Counted from the whole stretch's first letter, positions 39,351-52,958 are shown. The stretch is 63,474 nucleotides of DNA, filler included, from Octopus bimaculoides (GCF_001194135.2; 6 parts of 6 records of this genome joined end to end with filler, not necessarily neighbours in it), one strand, 5' to 3'. Notes: generated by a model not told the origin, from the sequence alone. Numbers and translations: made by a program.

Positions 39351-39769
39351 AAAGGGTCAGATTCATATAAAATTGCTATTTGTTATACATAATCCTCTTC
39401 ATATATCTTAATATACATGGGTTCCATTCATGCTTAAAATGTCACGCAACAGTGCAACCTATTATGTCACTTTCTACAAAATATATGGTGTTTGTGCGTT
39501 AGAAAAAATATGAACGTAACTTTCACTTCTCTGCATGTGATCATGTGAATGCCTATTGCTATACATTACAACAGTGAGGGCTTGTTAAGAAAATATGATA
39601 AGATTTTCTTCTAAAAAGCTTTCAAAGTTGAATTTGTGAAGTTTGTACAGAGGGAAGATTGCATTATCAACCGCAGGTAGATATCATTCAAATATGGTGC
39701 ACTAAGAAAAACACATAACGACAAAGATAGATAATATATCTGCAAAGCTCTTTGATTAATGAACCAAAC

Positions 39770-39935
39770 CGTGGCTATGTGGTTAAGAAGCTCGCTTTGA
39801 AACGACGAGGTGTTGGGTTCAGTTCCCTTCTGTGGCACTGGGGGCAAGTGTCTTCAACAATAGCCCTATTCCAACAAACACCTTCAGAATGAATTTGGTA
39901 GATGGAAAATGTGTGGAAGCCCGTCGTATATATAC
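39770..39935 (+). mobile_element. tRNA-derived SINE (family B), 5' half
   Basis: GTGGCTATGTGGTTAAGAAGCTCGC...GGGTTCAGTTCC...GGCACTGGGGCAAGTGTCTTC...GGAAGCCCGTCGTATATAT. Confidence 0.8.
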
Positions 39936-40587
39936 CGTATGTGTGTGTGTGTTCATTAGTGTATGTGTGAGCCAAAGTACATTTAATTTACATAATGATA
40001 CGAAGAAAAAGACCTGACAATAATTAGTTTAGTACCAACATAATGTTGGTTACAAAAAAGTGAATAAATGAATAAATATGTTTATTCACTCATATCCGTA
40101 TTTTTTGTTTTCGCAAATTATGTTCACCATCTAGAGAAAGAGTTTTTAGCGGTTTCTTATAAATGTTTACTTAGCTACAAAGCTTGTTAATCCCATTTAC
40201 TTCACACTAAGCAGAACTTTTCTCATTGAACCTAATTTAGCAGCAAAACTCTATACATATGGGTATGACTCTGTATGCTTAATAATTCATTTTGTTTTCT
40301 TCTATGTAGCATAATTGTTCCCAAATTATTTTTGTTCATCGAAACTTTGAATACCATCAATCTTTTCGGAATTGTTTTGTATTGTGCAACTCTCAACATG
40401 ACTATTGAAATAGCAACAATAAATTGTATGGGTTTTTCGACTTCTGTAATTTATTTTATTGTAATTATCTCATTGGGAATATTTCCCAATTATTATGAAC
40501 CGAAATGAAGAAGTGATCATGAGAAATGATGTCGGCAAGGCGGGTACCAACGAAAATTCTGTAATGTTATTGAATATAAATTTGCAG

Positions 40588-40636
40588 ATTTTGCCACAGT
40601 TCTCGCAAAATGCTACGGCACGTCCTCAATTACATG
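40588..40636 (+). CDS. Candidate internal exon (phase 1-2), DFATVLAKCYGTSSIT(W)
   Basis: Acceptor AAATTTGCAG|, donor ATG|GTGAGC. Joins 22842-22914 and 51218-51365 in one frame. Confidence 0.5.
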
Positions 40637-41470
40637 GTGAGCGACTTCTAGAGTTATGCACTCCCATGCTAATCTATCCACGACAATCTGCAACTGAGAC
40701 TTTACATCTTAAAAACTGGCAGCGGTAAATTTCGCTTCCTTGTAATATACTCACATCTTTCGCCAGAGTCGGCTATCATCATATGTTGGCTTTCTTACAC
40801 AAATCTCTTTTTTTGGAAAGTTTCTAAATGTTGCATCTTACTTCTTTTGTGAAGTGGAATCTCTTTCTCGATAAAACTATATGGCCATCTATAATAGCTG
40901 TTTTGAGAAACAGACTGCTTATAAAGAACGCTTTATCTTATGAGGTCTGTTGGTTTTCTTTCACAAACAACTACTATAGAAGTTTTATGATTCGGAGTAT
41001 AGAACTGCCATAGAGGTCAGATGTGTTTGTACACACGGAAACTACCACTGTCAAGCTGTAGGTATGTACACATATGCATGTATATATGCATATATNNNNN
41101 NNNNNNNNNNNNNNNNNNNNNNNNNNNNNNNNNNNNNNNNNNNNNNNNNNNNNNNNNNNNNNNNNNNNNNNNNNNNNNNNNNNNNNNNNNNNNNNNNNNN
41201 NNNNNNNNNNNNNNNNNNNNNNNNNNNNNNNNNNNNNNNNNNNNNNNNNNNNNNNNNNNNNNNNNNNNNNNNNNNNNNNNNNNNNNNNNNNNNNNNNNNN
41301 NNNNNNNNNNNNNNNNNNNNNNNNNNNNNNNNNNNNNNNNNNNNNNNNNNNNNNNNNNNNNNNNNNNNNNNNNNNNNNNNNNNNNNNNNNNNNNNNNNNN
41401 NNNNNNNNNNNNNNNNNNNNNNNNNNNNNNNNNNNNNNNNNNNNNNNNNNNNNNNNNNNNNNNNNNNNNN

Positions 41471-41513
<43 letters not shown>

Positions 41514-42069
41514 AAAACCGAGAAAGCGTGTCTGTCTGTTTGTGTGCATCACTAAAACTCCAGGAACTACCCAAACAATTTCATTCACATTTTACACGTG
41601 AATTACTTAGCGTCCATGCAGTGTCATTGGCCCAACTTCTTGCCTAATGCGGACCAGGTGCAGTCTCTTATCTCTTAAACTATTTCAGTATTACGTGCCA
41701 AAAATGAAACAATAACATCTCTATTGTAACGTGAGAAAATACTGTTTCCCACACATGAAATTCAGAGATCCTCAGTATAGAAGACACTTTGTAGTGCTTA
41801 AAAGATTCAAACTTGAACTCCGGTGTCTTTAGAGATGATCTATTCCATACGGCATAGAATATCTATAAGAGAGATCAATTTGAGCGGATATACAGGCAAT
41901 ACTCTATATGGATAAACGAATTAGATATATTAAATATAATAGTCAGGATATGAAATACAAAATATGTTTATTATATATGGTTACATACAAACCGAGAGAA
42001 AGCAAAAAGGTGGAGACTTTCAGGCGATGGACATTGAAGTATTAACATATAGGTATTTATATTAATGTG

Positions 42070-42760
42070 TCCAACTAAAGGGAGGAGGGGGTTATTTCAT
42101 GTCCAACAAATGTTTTTGTGGATTCGGAGATCCATGATAACGTTGGTAGATGTAGTTCATCACAATATGCTGGAGTAATGTGTGTAGTCAACATTGGATG
42201 AAACGAGCCTCCATCATCAGGGTAGAGAAGATCTTATATTTGAGATGTTGACGCAGAGAAGTTCAAAGATGGAATGATTAAATGTGGAAAGCTTGCTGTA
42301 TTAGAAGGGGTAAGTAGAAGTTATGGTGGGTTTAAGGGGGTGTTAAGACAGGGAATGGTGGGTGGAAATAAGAGAGCAAGTTAAGGAAGCGGGACGTGGT
42401 TAATAATGAAGGTATTTAGGGATGTAGTAGTAGAGGTGTACAGTAGGGAGATGAGTGAAGGTCGTAGGATTGACAGTAATTGAAGGGTTGTCAGTTGTGT
42501 TGAATTTTTCTTTTTGTGTCAAAGTTTAGGGATAATAGCAATATAATTATTGGAAGCTGAGATAGTAACAAAATGAATGGCAAAGATTTGAGGGGGCAGT
42601 GTCTAATTCGGTGCCAGAGGGAGTTTACAAAAGTATGAAGATAGATATGACAGAAGATAGAGAGAAGCGGGCAAAGTGGGGATGCGTTGGTGGTCAACAT
42701 AGCAGTGGTTAGTACAATAATGAATGTGGTTTGGTATTGGTGTGAGCTTAATTTTAATTA
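42070..42760 (-). mobile_element. Probable Penelope-like 3' UTR or pseudo-LTR remnant
   Basis: Lies downstream of the GIY-YIG remnant. Shares GTTGAC...AAAGATGGAATGATT and CTGATGATGG...AAACATTTGTTGGAC with 61080-61420 in the opposite orientation. Confidence 0.45.
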
Positions 42761-42879
42761 TGGATAATTTGAGTTATATGATTACATACATTTAATAAAA
42801 TGGGCAAATGATGAGTAGAACCTGTGTTTACAAGAAAGTATTACATATTAATATCTATTTAGTAATGACAGGCTGTGGT

Positions 42880-43760
42880 GCGAAGGAGGGCTAGCAATTT
42901 TCTTAAACACAAATTAAAAATACTAATGTTTGCGTTGTATGGGTGAGCCTCACTTACGATGGACCTGTATGTGGCATAGGGAACATTTTGGGATTTCAGG
43001 TTGTGTATATAAGTTGCTAAAGAAGTAGATAACTTAAAAGTTGGATTTCATATGTGCTCAGTTGCGCCGCTTGAAATCAAGAACCTTGATATAGACACTT
43101 GCTTCGTGGTAGCGTAGTGTTATAACATGGAACTTGTAGACTACATATTTACGCAGACAGAAACTTCCAAAAGAGAAGAGTTGAGACACCCGACAATTGC
43201 CAGTTTTCCTACCTGCACTGCACTTGGAGTTTACTGCCGGGGAGGTCAAATTCTCATGATTCATTAGTAATAAAGAAGAACTGGTGGTATAATCAGTATC
43301 ACAATTGGATTGGGAGGAGTACCACTGTTAGTATAAGTGGTTATATCGGTAAAATTGTGGGACCAAGTCTTGAGTCTGTTATTAATTAGTGGAGGCGGGA
43401 ATACTGGGGATTGTAATATTTCCCGAAGGCTGGTTAAGGTGCAGTGCATAGGGACAAATTGTAGGCCCTAATGACTGGCGCTGCACTTTGCGTCTTTCAT
43501 TGGAAGCAATTATTGATCCCAAATTAGGTGTGGTTACATTAGGAGCTTTTAACATGATTTATTGAAAAAATAGTATTTATGCTCTGGTGTGAAGTTAGAG
43601 TTTAGGATTTTAAAGAAAAGTTTGAGGAGAGATATAACTTGGAGGGATAAAGGTGGTGCGAACCATGGGATCTCCCGCTTCTTGCCCTTAGAATGTTTAG
43701 AACGTGTGGTTATTGCGGGCGGGTCTGAATAGGGAGAGCACAACCTGTTGCATGGTCGGA
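42880..43760 (-). mobile_element. Penelope-like element C-terminal linker and GIY-YIG endonuclease remnant
   Basis: KKREIPWFAPPLSLQV...FFKILNSNFTPEHKYYF; TPNLGSIIASNERRK; GNCRVSQ...CLRKYVVYKFHV...YI...FKRRN correspond to the PLE motifs WFNPPYS, CMPN..SII and CNCR...CL...V.Y...YIG...FK.R. Confidence 0.8.
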
Positions 43761-44780
43761 TCGTCGGCGACTAAACTGGCAACCTCATCGAGCTTGCTCG
43801 GTGAGGAGGGTGATGTTGGACACAATGCAGGACACAAAATAAGACTTGTCAAAAGGCGGAAGAGCTCATGAGCAGTCAACGGCCTTCCAGCAATGTGTGT
43901 ACATGTATATGTATTCATGTATGTATACACAGAGACGTGGAAATACCTGGGCTGGTGTCCAGGCGCACGGTTGCCCCACTGGGAGTGGGAGGCCTCTCTG
44001 TTGTCATAGAATCTCTCGAGGAGAGGGGAACTCTGAGAGGAAACCTGCGATACTGACAATATTCGATGATATACACTAGTTCATCTTTTCGTGTTTATGT
44101 TACCCATGTTTAGAGAGTGGGATTGGATTTGTGAAAATCTTTTCCTCACTGTAAGAAATTCATCATGCACAGTCTTCACACGAAAAAAAGTAAGACCGAT
44201 CACAGAAATGGTTGATCTCTGCCTTCGCATATGCGGGTCTTTTGATCAGAGGATGGCAATATTTGAACATGAGTGTGTAGCCATTTTATCGGTTGATACA
44301 TGGACAGATAGATAGATAAAGGTATACATACGAGCACTTACACCTATATAAATATTAATGCACATTTATTACTTATCATCAGCGCAAGGTATATATACAT
44401 ATATATGTATATAAACATATGTATATAAGTCGGATGTAGAGGATTTGTGGGACACAGTGTGAGGTGACTGTGGTTATCGTTAGGCCTAACTCATGGTAAA
44501 GTAAATACCACCATGAACGATATCTAAACTAAAGTGGAAAATATTAGCCACTGGATTTGGTTGAAATGAGATGATGAGTTGATCTAACAAGCGGGGCCCT
44601 CATATCAGTGAGGGGGCCAGTGCGCAATGATGCCGTCGAGAGGTAGGCCCCGAAACGGCGCACTGTCTCTTCTGATAACCCCCATGCACTTGTTGGCTTC
44701 TTGTATGCGCAGCTTTCGACTGGGAGCGCATGCATGTGCAAATTGTTTGCAACACACACACACATTTATATGTGCCTATT

Positions 44781-44842
<62 letters not shown>

Positions 44843-44903
44843 TATGTATATATACATACATANNNNNNNNNNACACATATGTATATATACATACATACGT
44901 ACA

Positions 44904-44935
<32 letters not shown>

Positions 44936-46121
44936 CATACGCATATGGTTTATGAAAGGTTGTATATGTATTTTTACGAAGTTATATAACCATCGCCTTG
45001 GGTTACGTCATGCACATATACAAATAGGTATATAGCATTTATACGTGTGTGCGTCTGTATATACATGTAAATACTATACATTTGCTCCTGTGTAGGTATG
45101 TGGATATATATACTGGTTAAATATACACACTCTGTGCATATACATCTGCATCTTTAACCACCAGTACATGTTCGAGCATGTCGCTCCCCAGCCCTTTCCT
45201 ATAGATGTAGGAACTTCTATATTTTTCTATATGCGTGTAAATTTCACTGTAGGCAAATGCCGAGTGATATATTTTACTTATGTTTTACTCATGATAACGT
45301 ATTTGCTATAGTTTTCCTTTATACATATATCTCATTACATTTATTACTTCATCACCTTCAGCACTACTCCTTACAAATACACACGCACAAACTCATATAT
45401 ATATATATATATATATANNNNNNNNNNNNNNNNNNNNNNNNNNNNNNNNNNNNNNNNNNNNTTAATTAATTAANNNNNNNNNNNNNNNNNNNNNNNNNNN
45501 NNNNNNNNNNNNNNNNNTATATATATATATATATGTTCTAGGGGATACATCGAAGTCACTGTCAACTAAGGTCAAAAAATTAGATTTGTGTAAATAGAGA
45601 TGCACACACTTATACATACATACGTGCACATATATATATTTATATAGATATATAAGTATATGTGTAAGTACAATCATACACACTTACTACGCAGGTGAAT
45701 TCTACTTATATACGTGAATTGTGAGTGCGTGCGCGCACATATATACACATATACGTTTCTATAGAGAGCTACATGAAAATATATACACGCACACAACCTA
45801 CCAATAGAGTAAGTGAAGCAGAAGAGTGGAAGATTATATGTGAAAACAGTGTTTTGCTGTAAGACTAAAGACTAGGTCATTAGGTAGTCACATAACCGTC
45901 ATATAAAATAACCACTGGGCTTTTTCAATTCAGCATTTGTGTTTGTATTCTTAATTGAGCGAGGTTATAGGAAAATATATTCGCGGTCAATTAGTTAGTA
46001 ATTGCCACTAAAACAAACCTCTGTGATAAAACCGCAATACAAGGACCCCCCCACACACACATATATATATACCAATAAAGATGCAAACACATATTGTGCG
46101 CTCCCGCGTTTATAAACCGAA

Positions 46122-46153
<32 letters not shown>

Positions 46154-46880
46154 NNNNNNNNNNNNNNNNNNNNNNNNNNNNNNNNNNNNNNNNNNNNNNN
46201 NNNNNNNNNNNNNNNNNNNNNNNNNNNNNNNNNNNNNNNNNNNNNNNNNNNNNNNNNNNNNNNNNNNNNNNNNNNNNNNNNNNNNNNNNNNNNNNNNNNN
46301 NNNNNNNNNNNNNNNNNNNNNNNNNNNNNNNNNNNNNNNNNNNNNNNNNNNNNNNNNNNNNNNNNNNNNNNNNNNNNNNNNNNNNNNNNNNNNNNNNNNN
46401 NNNNNNNNNNNNNNNNNNNNNNNNNNNNNNNNNNNNNNNNNNNNNNNNNNNNNNNNNNNNNNNNNNNNNNNNNNNNNNNNNNNNNNNNNNNNNNNNNTAA
46501 TATATATATATATGTATACGCACCGACATTATATGATGGAAGAAATAAATGTCATTGTACAAAGGCTGGGTATAACGGTAATCGTTTTAGCACACTATAT
46601 ATTGGCAAACTATTTGATTGCAGTACATAAAAAAAAAGGAAAGAAAGAAAGGGAAAGACAGCTCGAATGAATGGAGTTTAGACAAGCTATATAAGTTTTA
46701 TAGCTTTCAGTATAGGTTTCGAATTGGGACAGACACTTTTTAGTTAGTCACATTTGCAGAGCTTAAGTGGTGCACGGATGGTAACAGGATAACGGCGTCT
46801 GATAGAGAATCATATAATGTTTCCGATGTTATATACGATATGATTGTGGGAAGCGTGCTTATATGTAGGTTTCTACGTTC

Positions 46881-46911
<31 letters not shown>

Positions 46912-47465
46912 TGTATGTATGTATGTATATGTATATANNNNNNNNNNNNNNNNNNNNNNNNNNNNNNNNNNNNNNNNNNNNNNNNNNNNNNNNNNNNNNN
47001 NNNNNNNNNNNNNNNNNNNNNNNNNNNNNNNNNNNNNNNNNNNNNNNNNNNNNNNNNNNNNNNNNNNNNNNNNNNNNNNNNNNNNNNNNNNNNNNNNNNN
47101 NNNNNNNNNNNNNNNNNNNNNNNNNNNNNNNNNNNNNNNNNNNNNNNNNNNNNNNNNNNNNNNNNNNNNNNNNNNNNNNNNNNNNNNNNNNNNNNNNNNN
47201 NNNNNNNNNNNNNNNNNNNNNNNNNNNNNNNNNNNNNNNNNNNNNNNNNNNNNNNNNNNNNNNNNNNNNNNNNNNNNNNNNNNNNNNNNNNNNNNNNNNN
47301 NNNNNNNNNNNNNNNNNNNNNNNNNNNNNNNNNNNNNNNNNNNNNNNNNNNNNNNNNNNNNNNNNNNNNNNNNNNNNNNNNNNNNNNNNNNNNNNNNNNN
47401 NNNNNNNNNNNNNNNNNNNNNNNNNNNNNNNNNNNNNNNNNNNNNNNNNNNNNNNNNNNNNNNNN

Positions 47466-47774
47466 TATAGCCTCGGGCCGACCAAAGCCTTGTGAGTGGA
47501 TTTGGTAGATGGAAACTGGAAGAAGTCCGTCGTATATATGTATATATATGTATGTGTTTGTGTGTCTGTGTTTGTCCCGCCCACCCAGCATCGCTTGACA
47601 ACCGATGCTGGTGTGATCATGTCCCCGTAACTTAGCGGTTCGGCAAAAAGTGACCCGATAGAATAAGTACTAGGCTTACAAAGAATAAGCCCTGGGGTTG
47701 ATTTGATTCGACTAAAGGCGGTGCTCCAGCATGGCCGCAGTCAAATGACTGAAACAAGTAAAAGAGTAAAAGAG
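47466..47774 (+). mobile_element. tRNA-derived SINE (family B), 3' two-thirds, young
   Basis: TATAGCCTCGGGCCGACCAAAGCCTTGTGAGTGGATTTGGTAGA...AAAGGCGGTGCTCCAGCATGGCCGCAGTCAAATGACTGAAACAAGTAAAAGAGTAAAAGAG. Confidence 0.9.
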
Positions 47775-48261
47775 TATATATTACATACATATGAGCGAGT
47801 ATATAATTTTATGCATGTACGTATATATATAAATGTAAATCTATATTTACGTAGATATGTGCGTTTATGTATGTATGGGATCGACATTTTATGTATGTGT
47901 GTCTATGTATGTGAATCAAGAGCGTGGGGCGTAGTAGGTGGTGGTAGCTCCATTTGTGAAAGAAATCGAAAGTCAGACAAACATTCTACTTAAATGTTGT
48001 TTAGTTGTAATCGGAAAACAAGTGGTAATAAAAAGATTTCGTCCTTGTCGTACGTCGCTTTTAACAGCTTCCAATATACGTACAGGCATATACAAGCACA
48101 CACATACATGCATATATATGCATAAAGAAGTATGTATTTATACATATTATGCATATATATAAATATATATATATACATATATATATATTCAAGCACGCAC
48201 ACACATATATGTATGTATATATACACTGAACCATATATATACATGTGCACAGATATATGTA

Positions 48262-48349
<88 letters not shown>

Positions 48350-49093
48350 TATGTATGTATGTATACATATGCATAAATGTACACGTACACGTCAATACAG
48401 ACATGCATACACACACGTAATTAAATGCTGTCTTGTGCGATATTGCTTCCGATAAACAGACAAACGGCCTCCCGTTTGACTGGCTTAACGTGATATCATT
48501 TGTAAAAATACGTAAATCAAAACAAAACAATATATTATGATATACTTATGTGCCTTAATATATTATGTCTTTCTGCTTATTCTGTAAAACGGTAAATTTT
48601 GCATTGATTTCTCTCATTTCTTATTACTACTTTGGTAAGGAAATTTTCATTAGATTAAAAATCGTCGGATGTAAATAATAGGATCTGTTAGCGGGACCTT
48701 CGTAATATTAATAAAGAGAAAATACGATGCTTTGTCCAAGGCATTACACTCTCCCAACACAGGTTTTTGCGACTGCATATTTGAACAAAAATAAAAAAAA
48801 CACGATGCATTCTTCGGTAAAAATTTGAAGACAATTTGTTCTCTGTGACATAGTGCATAAAAAAAAAAAAAAGTAAAATGTGTTTATGTGTGTCTGCACG
48901 CACTTGTACGCATGTATTAAAAATAAAATAAAAATACTTCGAGGACTATATCAGGAATAAAAGAATGTAAATATTTACATTTTTATAAAAATATGCTACC
49001 AGTTTCAATCTTCTTGAAATAAAACCTAGTCATGCGGCAAGGAAAGAGAACTTAAATTAAACAAAGGAGAATTTAAATTAATCTTTCATGATA

Positions 49094-49579
49094 TCAGTTC
49101 TGGGAGTTCACCTGATTTGCTTTAAAAATTGACATGAAGCTCGTAATGGGTTTCCTTCTGATGGCTGCAAGGCCGTAGTAATTAGTAACAGCTTTGGCAA
49201 ACCATTCTTTGTTCCTTTCTGGAAATGATGTTATTAAGATGTGCCTATTAGGAGTAACAGCAGCAATGGAAGTAACTTTCGGAATAGTGGCTGAATCAGT
49301 CTCACTACCAAAATAAGCAGTAGCAGCTTAAGCAGCAGGTATAGTTTTAGTGGTGGCGGAATTGGTAGAAGCCGTAGCTGTAGTGGGAATGTTGCGTTGC
49401 TTTACTTCTTTTGTAATAGCACAACTAGTAGAAGCTGTAGTAGAAGCAACAATTACATCAGCAATCTTATTGGTTGTCGCTGTCCTTGCTTTCTTATAGT
49501 TGTTTACGTGGGATCGGTGTTTGGCTATAAAATGTGTATGGTTCTGAGGCGTCGCTAATGCGTAATATTTGGTGATTTG
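49094..49579 (-). pseudogene. Degenerate ORF (162 codons, one internal TAA at 49328-49330): Thr/Ala-rich linker then RHILITSFPERNKEWFAKAVTNYYG...
   Basis: Long open frame with strong ACT/GCT codon periodicity in unique DNA. Origin unresolved (retroelement ORF1 or pseudo-exon). Confidence 0.4.
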
Positions 49580-49922
49580 TTACTAAGACATGTGGTTATA
49601 TATTTATAAAGTCCGATTTGTATGTATTCAGTTATGAAAAATGTGTGATTTCTGCAGCGTCATGCGTTGCCTTAAGGAAATGTCAGTTGGGCCAATGTTG
49701 TCCATTCCACGTCCTGAGCATATAATTGCATAGATTAGGTTTTCACATACACAAGTGAAGTTCTTTTTTGTCTTGTGAAGAGTTGCCTATTTTCATTATG
49801 AAGATTTTTACATGTATGTAAATGTACTTGTAGGGTTCAATAAGTTTTCACGAATCAAAAAACCCTGGTACATCCTGGGTGATAGAGAGGCTATATTTCT
49901 TATTATTTATGTAACATACACA

Positions 49923-50014
<92 letters not shown>

Positions 50015-50017
50015 CAA

Positions 50018-50051
<34 letters not shown>

Positions 50052-51217
50052 TGCGTGTGTGTGAGAGAGTGAGTGAGAGAGTGAGTGAGAGAGAGCTTGA
50101 GAACCAACTTCAGTAAGAATTTGATGTGCTGGAAATAATACTTATTGCTAATTAGTTTCAAAGGAACCATCTCTAAGGGAAGCGTATCATCCATTGAATC
50201 GACCACAGACTTTACGCTACGCTTTTCACTGTTGTCGGCAGAGGAAGAGACTAAATACCTGATCAGAATAACTGTACCGTAATGAAGTTCGCTAAAAGCA
50301 TTCAAAGGAAAACTAGGCGCTGCCTTATGTCTGTTGATGTTCAGGTAAATTCACCTGGGCGGACCGTGGTACAGTTTCTGTTTACCATTCCACTTACAAG
50401 GCTTCGGTTGCACTCAATTCTATAGAAGAATATCACTACCCCTAATTCCGGACAATGGCATTAAGCTCAGTATGACACGGTTGCATAGGTAACTTCTCAA
50501 TCACATGACCATGTCAGGTGCGTTCAAATCCATTTTGAATCAACTTTGATATTTTTGGTTCCTGGGTCCCTGAAATACATACCAGTAATACCGTAAATGT
50601 CTATTGTACCAAATAAGTTCTGTTACTTGAGAACAGTGGCCTAATGCCAATCTCTGACGAAATCATTATATTGGCAAGAAACCAGCAAAAATAAAGAATA
50701 GTCTCACATAGTTAATAATATTTCTAAAGCTCACATAAAAGCAGGAATTACAAGTTCCACACCGATACTAACCACACAGGTAGAGGATCAATATAAGAAC
50801 AATGAACATCCGTCTCCTAATTTCCTGGACACAAATGCAGCATTGATCGTTGATCTATTTAACTGGATATATCTTTACTATTTCGATTGCTATTTTCCAG
50901 TTCAATAATTCACAAATTTAACTTACGCATGCTTTTTTTATAAATATATAAATGAGAGAAAGGAGGCGCATTACTCATCAGATCTGTAGCTAGCACTGTC
51001 AAACTGGCGAGATTGTTCCCTAAATGTACCGCTTGAAAATATGTAGGATACCAAAGACGTAGTATGACTGACGATTCAAGCTCTAATTTGTTCGTAACAG
51101 AGTAGAATATACTAAAGGTAACCAGAAGTTAACTGGTATTGTGGAACGGGCAATGTATTACACATACATTCGTCTCTTAGATTTTATTTATTCAACTGAT
51201 ATTCTCTGATTATTCAG

Positions 51218-51365
51218 GAGAGTCGTAGAATTTAGCAAGGACTCGGAACAGCAGCATAAGATTGTCTCTTTGCGTGGTATGGAGAGGCTAGATCAAAGAT
51301 ATCTGGCAGAAGACTTCTCCTCACCTCCTCCACTAGAGTTGGACTTATTACAGGAAGTCAAATAA
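51218..51365 (+). CDS. Candidate terminal exon (phase 2), RVVEFSKDSEQQHKIVSLRGMERLDQRYLAEDFSSPPPLELDLLQEVK*
   Basis: Acceptor ATTCTCTGATTATTCAG|, 48 open codons then TAA. TG|G completes a Trp codon with the 40588 exon. Confidence 0.55.
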
Positions 51366-52740
51366 GCTACATATCAAATATAGCGTACTGACGGTAAAAT
51401 GTAATTTGAAGGAGGTTTGGCTGCTATTACAAGCAACTCGACGGTCTGTTTTGAGGCTCTGTCATTAGTTCTTATTCTATGCCCAAATGAAGAACACAAG
51501 ATCGTCACAGATGGAATTATTGTCATCATTCGGATTAATCTGGTGCTATATAATGGCAACTAATGCTGGAATAACTCATCCTGACAAGGTGCTCATAATC
51601 TACGCTTAAAAATACAACAGGGTCTAACAGGTGAGCAAAATATATTTTCTGTAATGATAAGGGGGGGGGGGAAACATCAGCCCCTCAATCGATTAAATAA
51701 ACTCGATTCGAATATTTGACAAAAAGTTCGTAAGTACATAAAAATGATTTTGATTAAATAAGCTAGACAATTCTGAAAGGAAAAATACAGTTCACTTGCT
51801 GTAATAACACCGGAAATGCTCTTGATGTATACTTGAAATATATGAAAAATATGTTGTATAAACTACAGATATAGTTATTCTGGATATGGATAAGATATCC
51901 ATACAAGAATAGACGATAAATACATTGGAATTATACGAGAATTAAATTTTACATTAAATATGACCTCTATTTATATTAAAATCGTTTTGATAATATACTG
52001 ATAATATAGGCAGAATACATTTGAACGATATTTGTATATATTGGGTATATCCTATTGTCGGAATTTTGTTAAAATACACCAGAAATTCTCTAAAAATGTA
52101 CTGGGTAAATATAAACTTGATATATCTTACAAATAAAGTGGTTATATTCGCGAAACAGATCAGGGTTATACTAGAAATATTACAGAAATAATCTAGAGAC
52201 ATTAGAAGAACACCGGAAGTTGACTAAGAATACCGGGAAAAGAACTTTAGAAATATGGTAAAGCTACGTTCAAACAGGTTAATAGTAATGATGTAAGATC
52301 ATACCTCGTTATAACAAGCGAAAAGAATACAGGCAAAACGATGAGCTGATGGAAATATTTGTCAGATCTCTTTCAAACTTGCTCATGAGCTTCCGCCATC
52401 TTATTTTTCCTTCACTCTCTCTTGGTATATACACAGGCATACATACACACACTTGCATATACATATATGCATATAAAATACGCAGACACACTAACACAAG
52501 CGTGCGGGCGCGCACACACACACATATATATTTATATCCATGAACAGGTACATACGTGTACATGTACAGATATAAAATATAGAATAGGAAGGGTTTAGGC
52601 CACTGGTGATCTAAACTAATAGGTACACTGTGTGAGTGCTCCAATTGATAAGCCGCTAGGATTCAAGTTTACAACGTGGGTTGTAAGACATCACTTGTTG
52701 TTGCTTACTTCGATTCACCATTATAATGATTAGAATAATT

Positions 52741-52958
52741 GAAGGCGGCGAACCGGCAGAAGCGTTAGCACGCCGGGCGAAATGCTTAACAGTATTTCGT
52801 CTGTCTTTATGTTCTGAGTTCATATTCCACCGAGGTTGACTTTACCTTTCATCCTTTCGGGGTCGATAAATTAAGTACCAGTTGCATACTGGGGTCGATC
52901 TACTCGATTGGTCCCCTCCCCCAAAATTTCGGGCCTTGTGCCTAGATTAGAAAAGAAT
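52741..52958 (+). mobile_element. tRNA-derived SINE (family A), near full length
   Basis: GGCGGCGAACCGGCAGAAGCGTTAGCACG...CCTTTCATCCTTTCGGGGTCGATAAATTAAGTACCAG...GGCCTTGTGCCTAGATTAGAAAAGAATAA. Confidence 0.92.

Noticed and set aside
44125-44161. Mini-exon-like EWDWICENLFLT resembling the SLC22 EWDLVC motif
   Set aside because: Too short, would create TGA if joined to the 40588 exon, and no other transporter exons were seen.
9775-47620. Long ORFs (150-380 aa) in the supplied track that are mostly X
   Set aside because: They span N gaps and stop-free dinucleotide repeats.
50090-50305. Minus ORF with SADNSEKRSVKSVVDSMDD, suggesting a neuropeptide precursor
   Set aside because: Single dibasic site, no signal peptide or credible donor, and the ORF runs into microsatellite.
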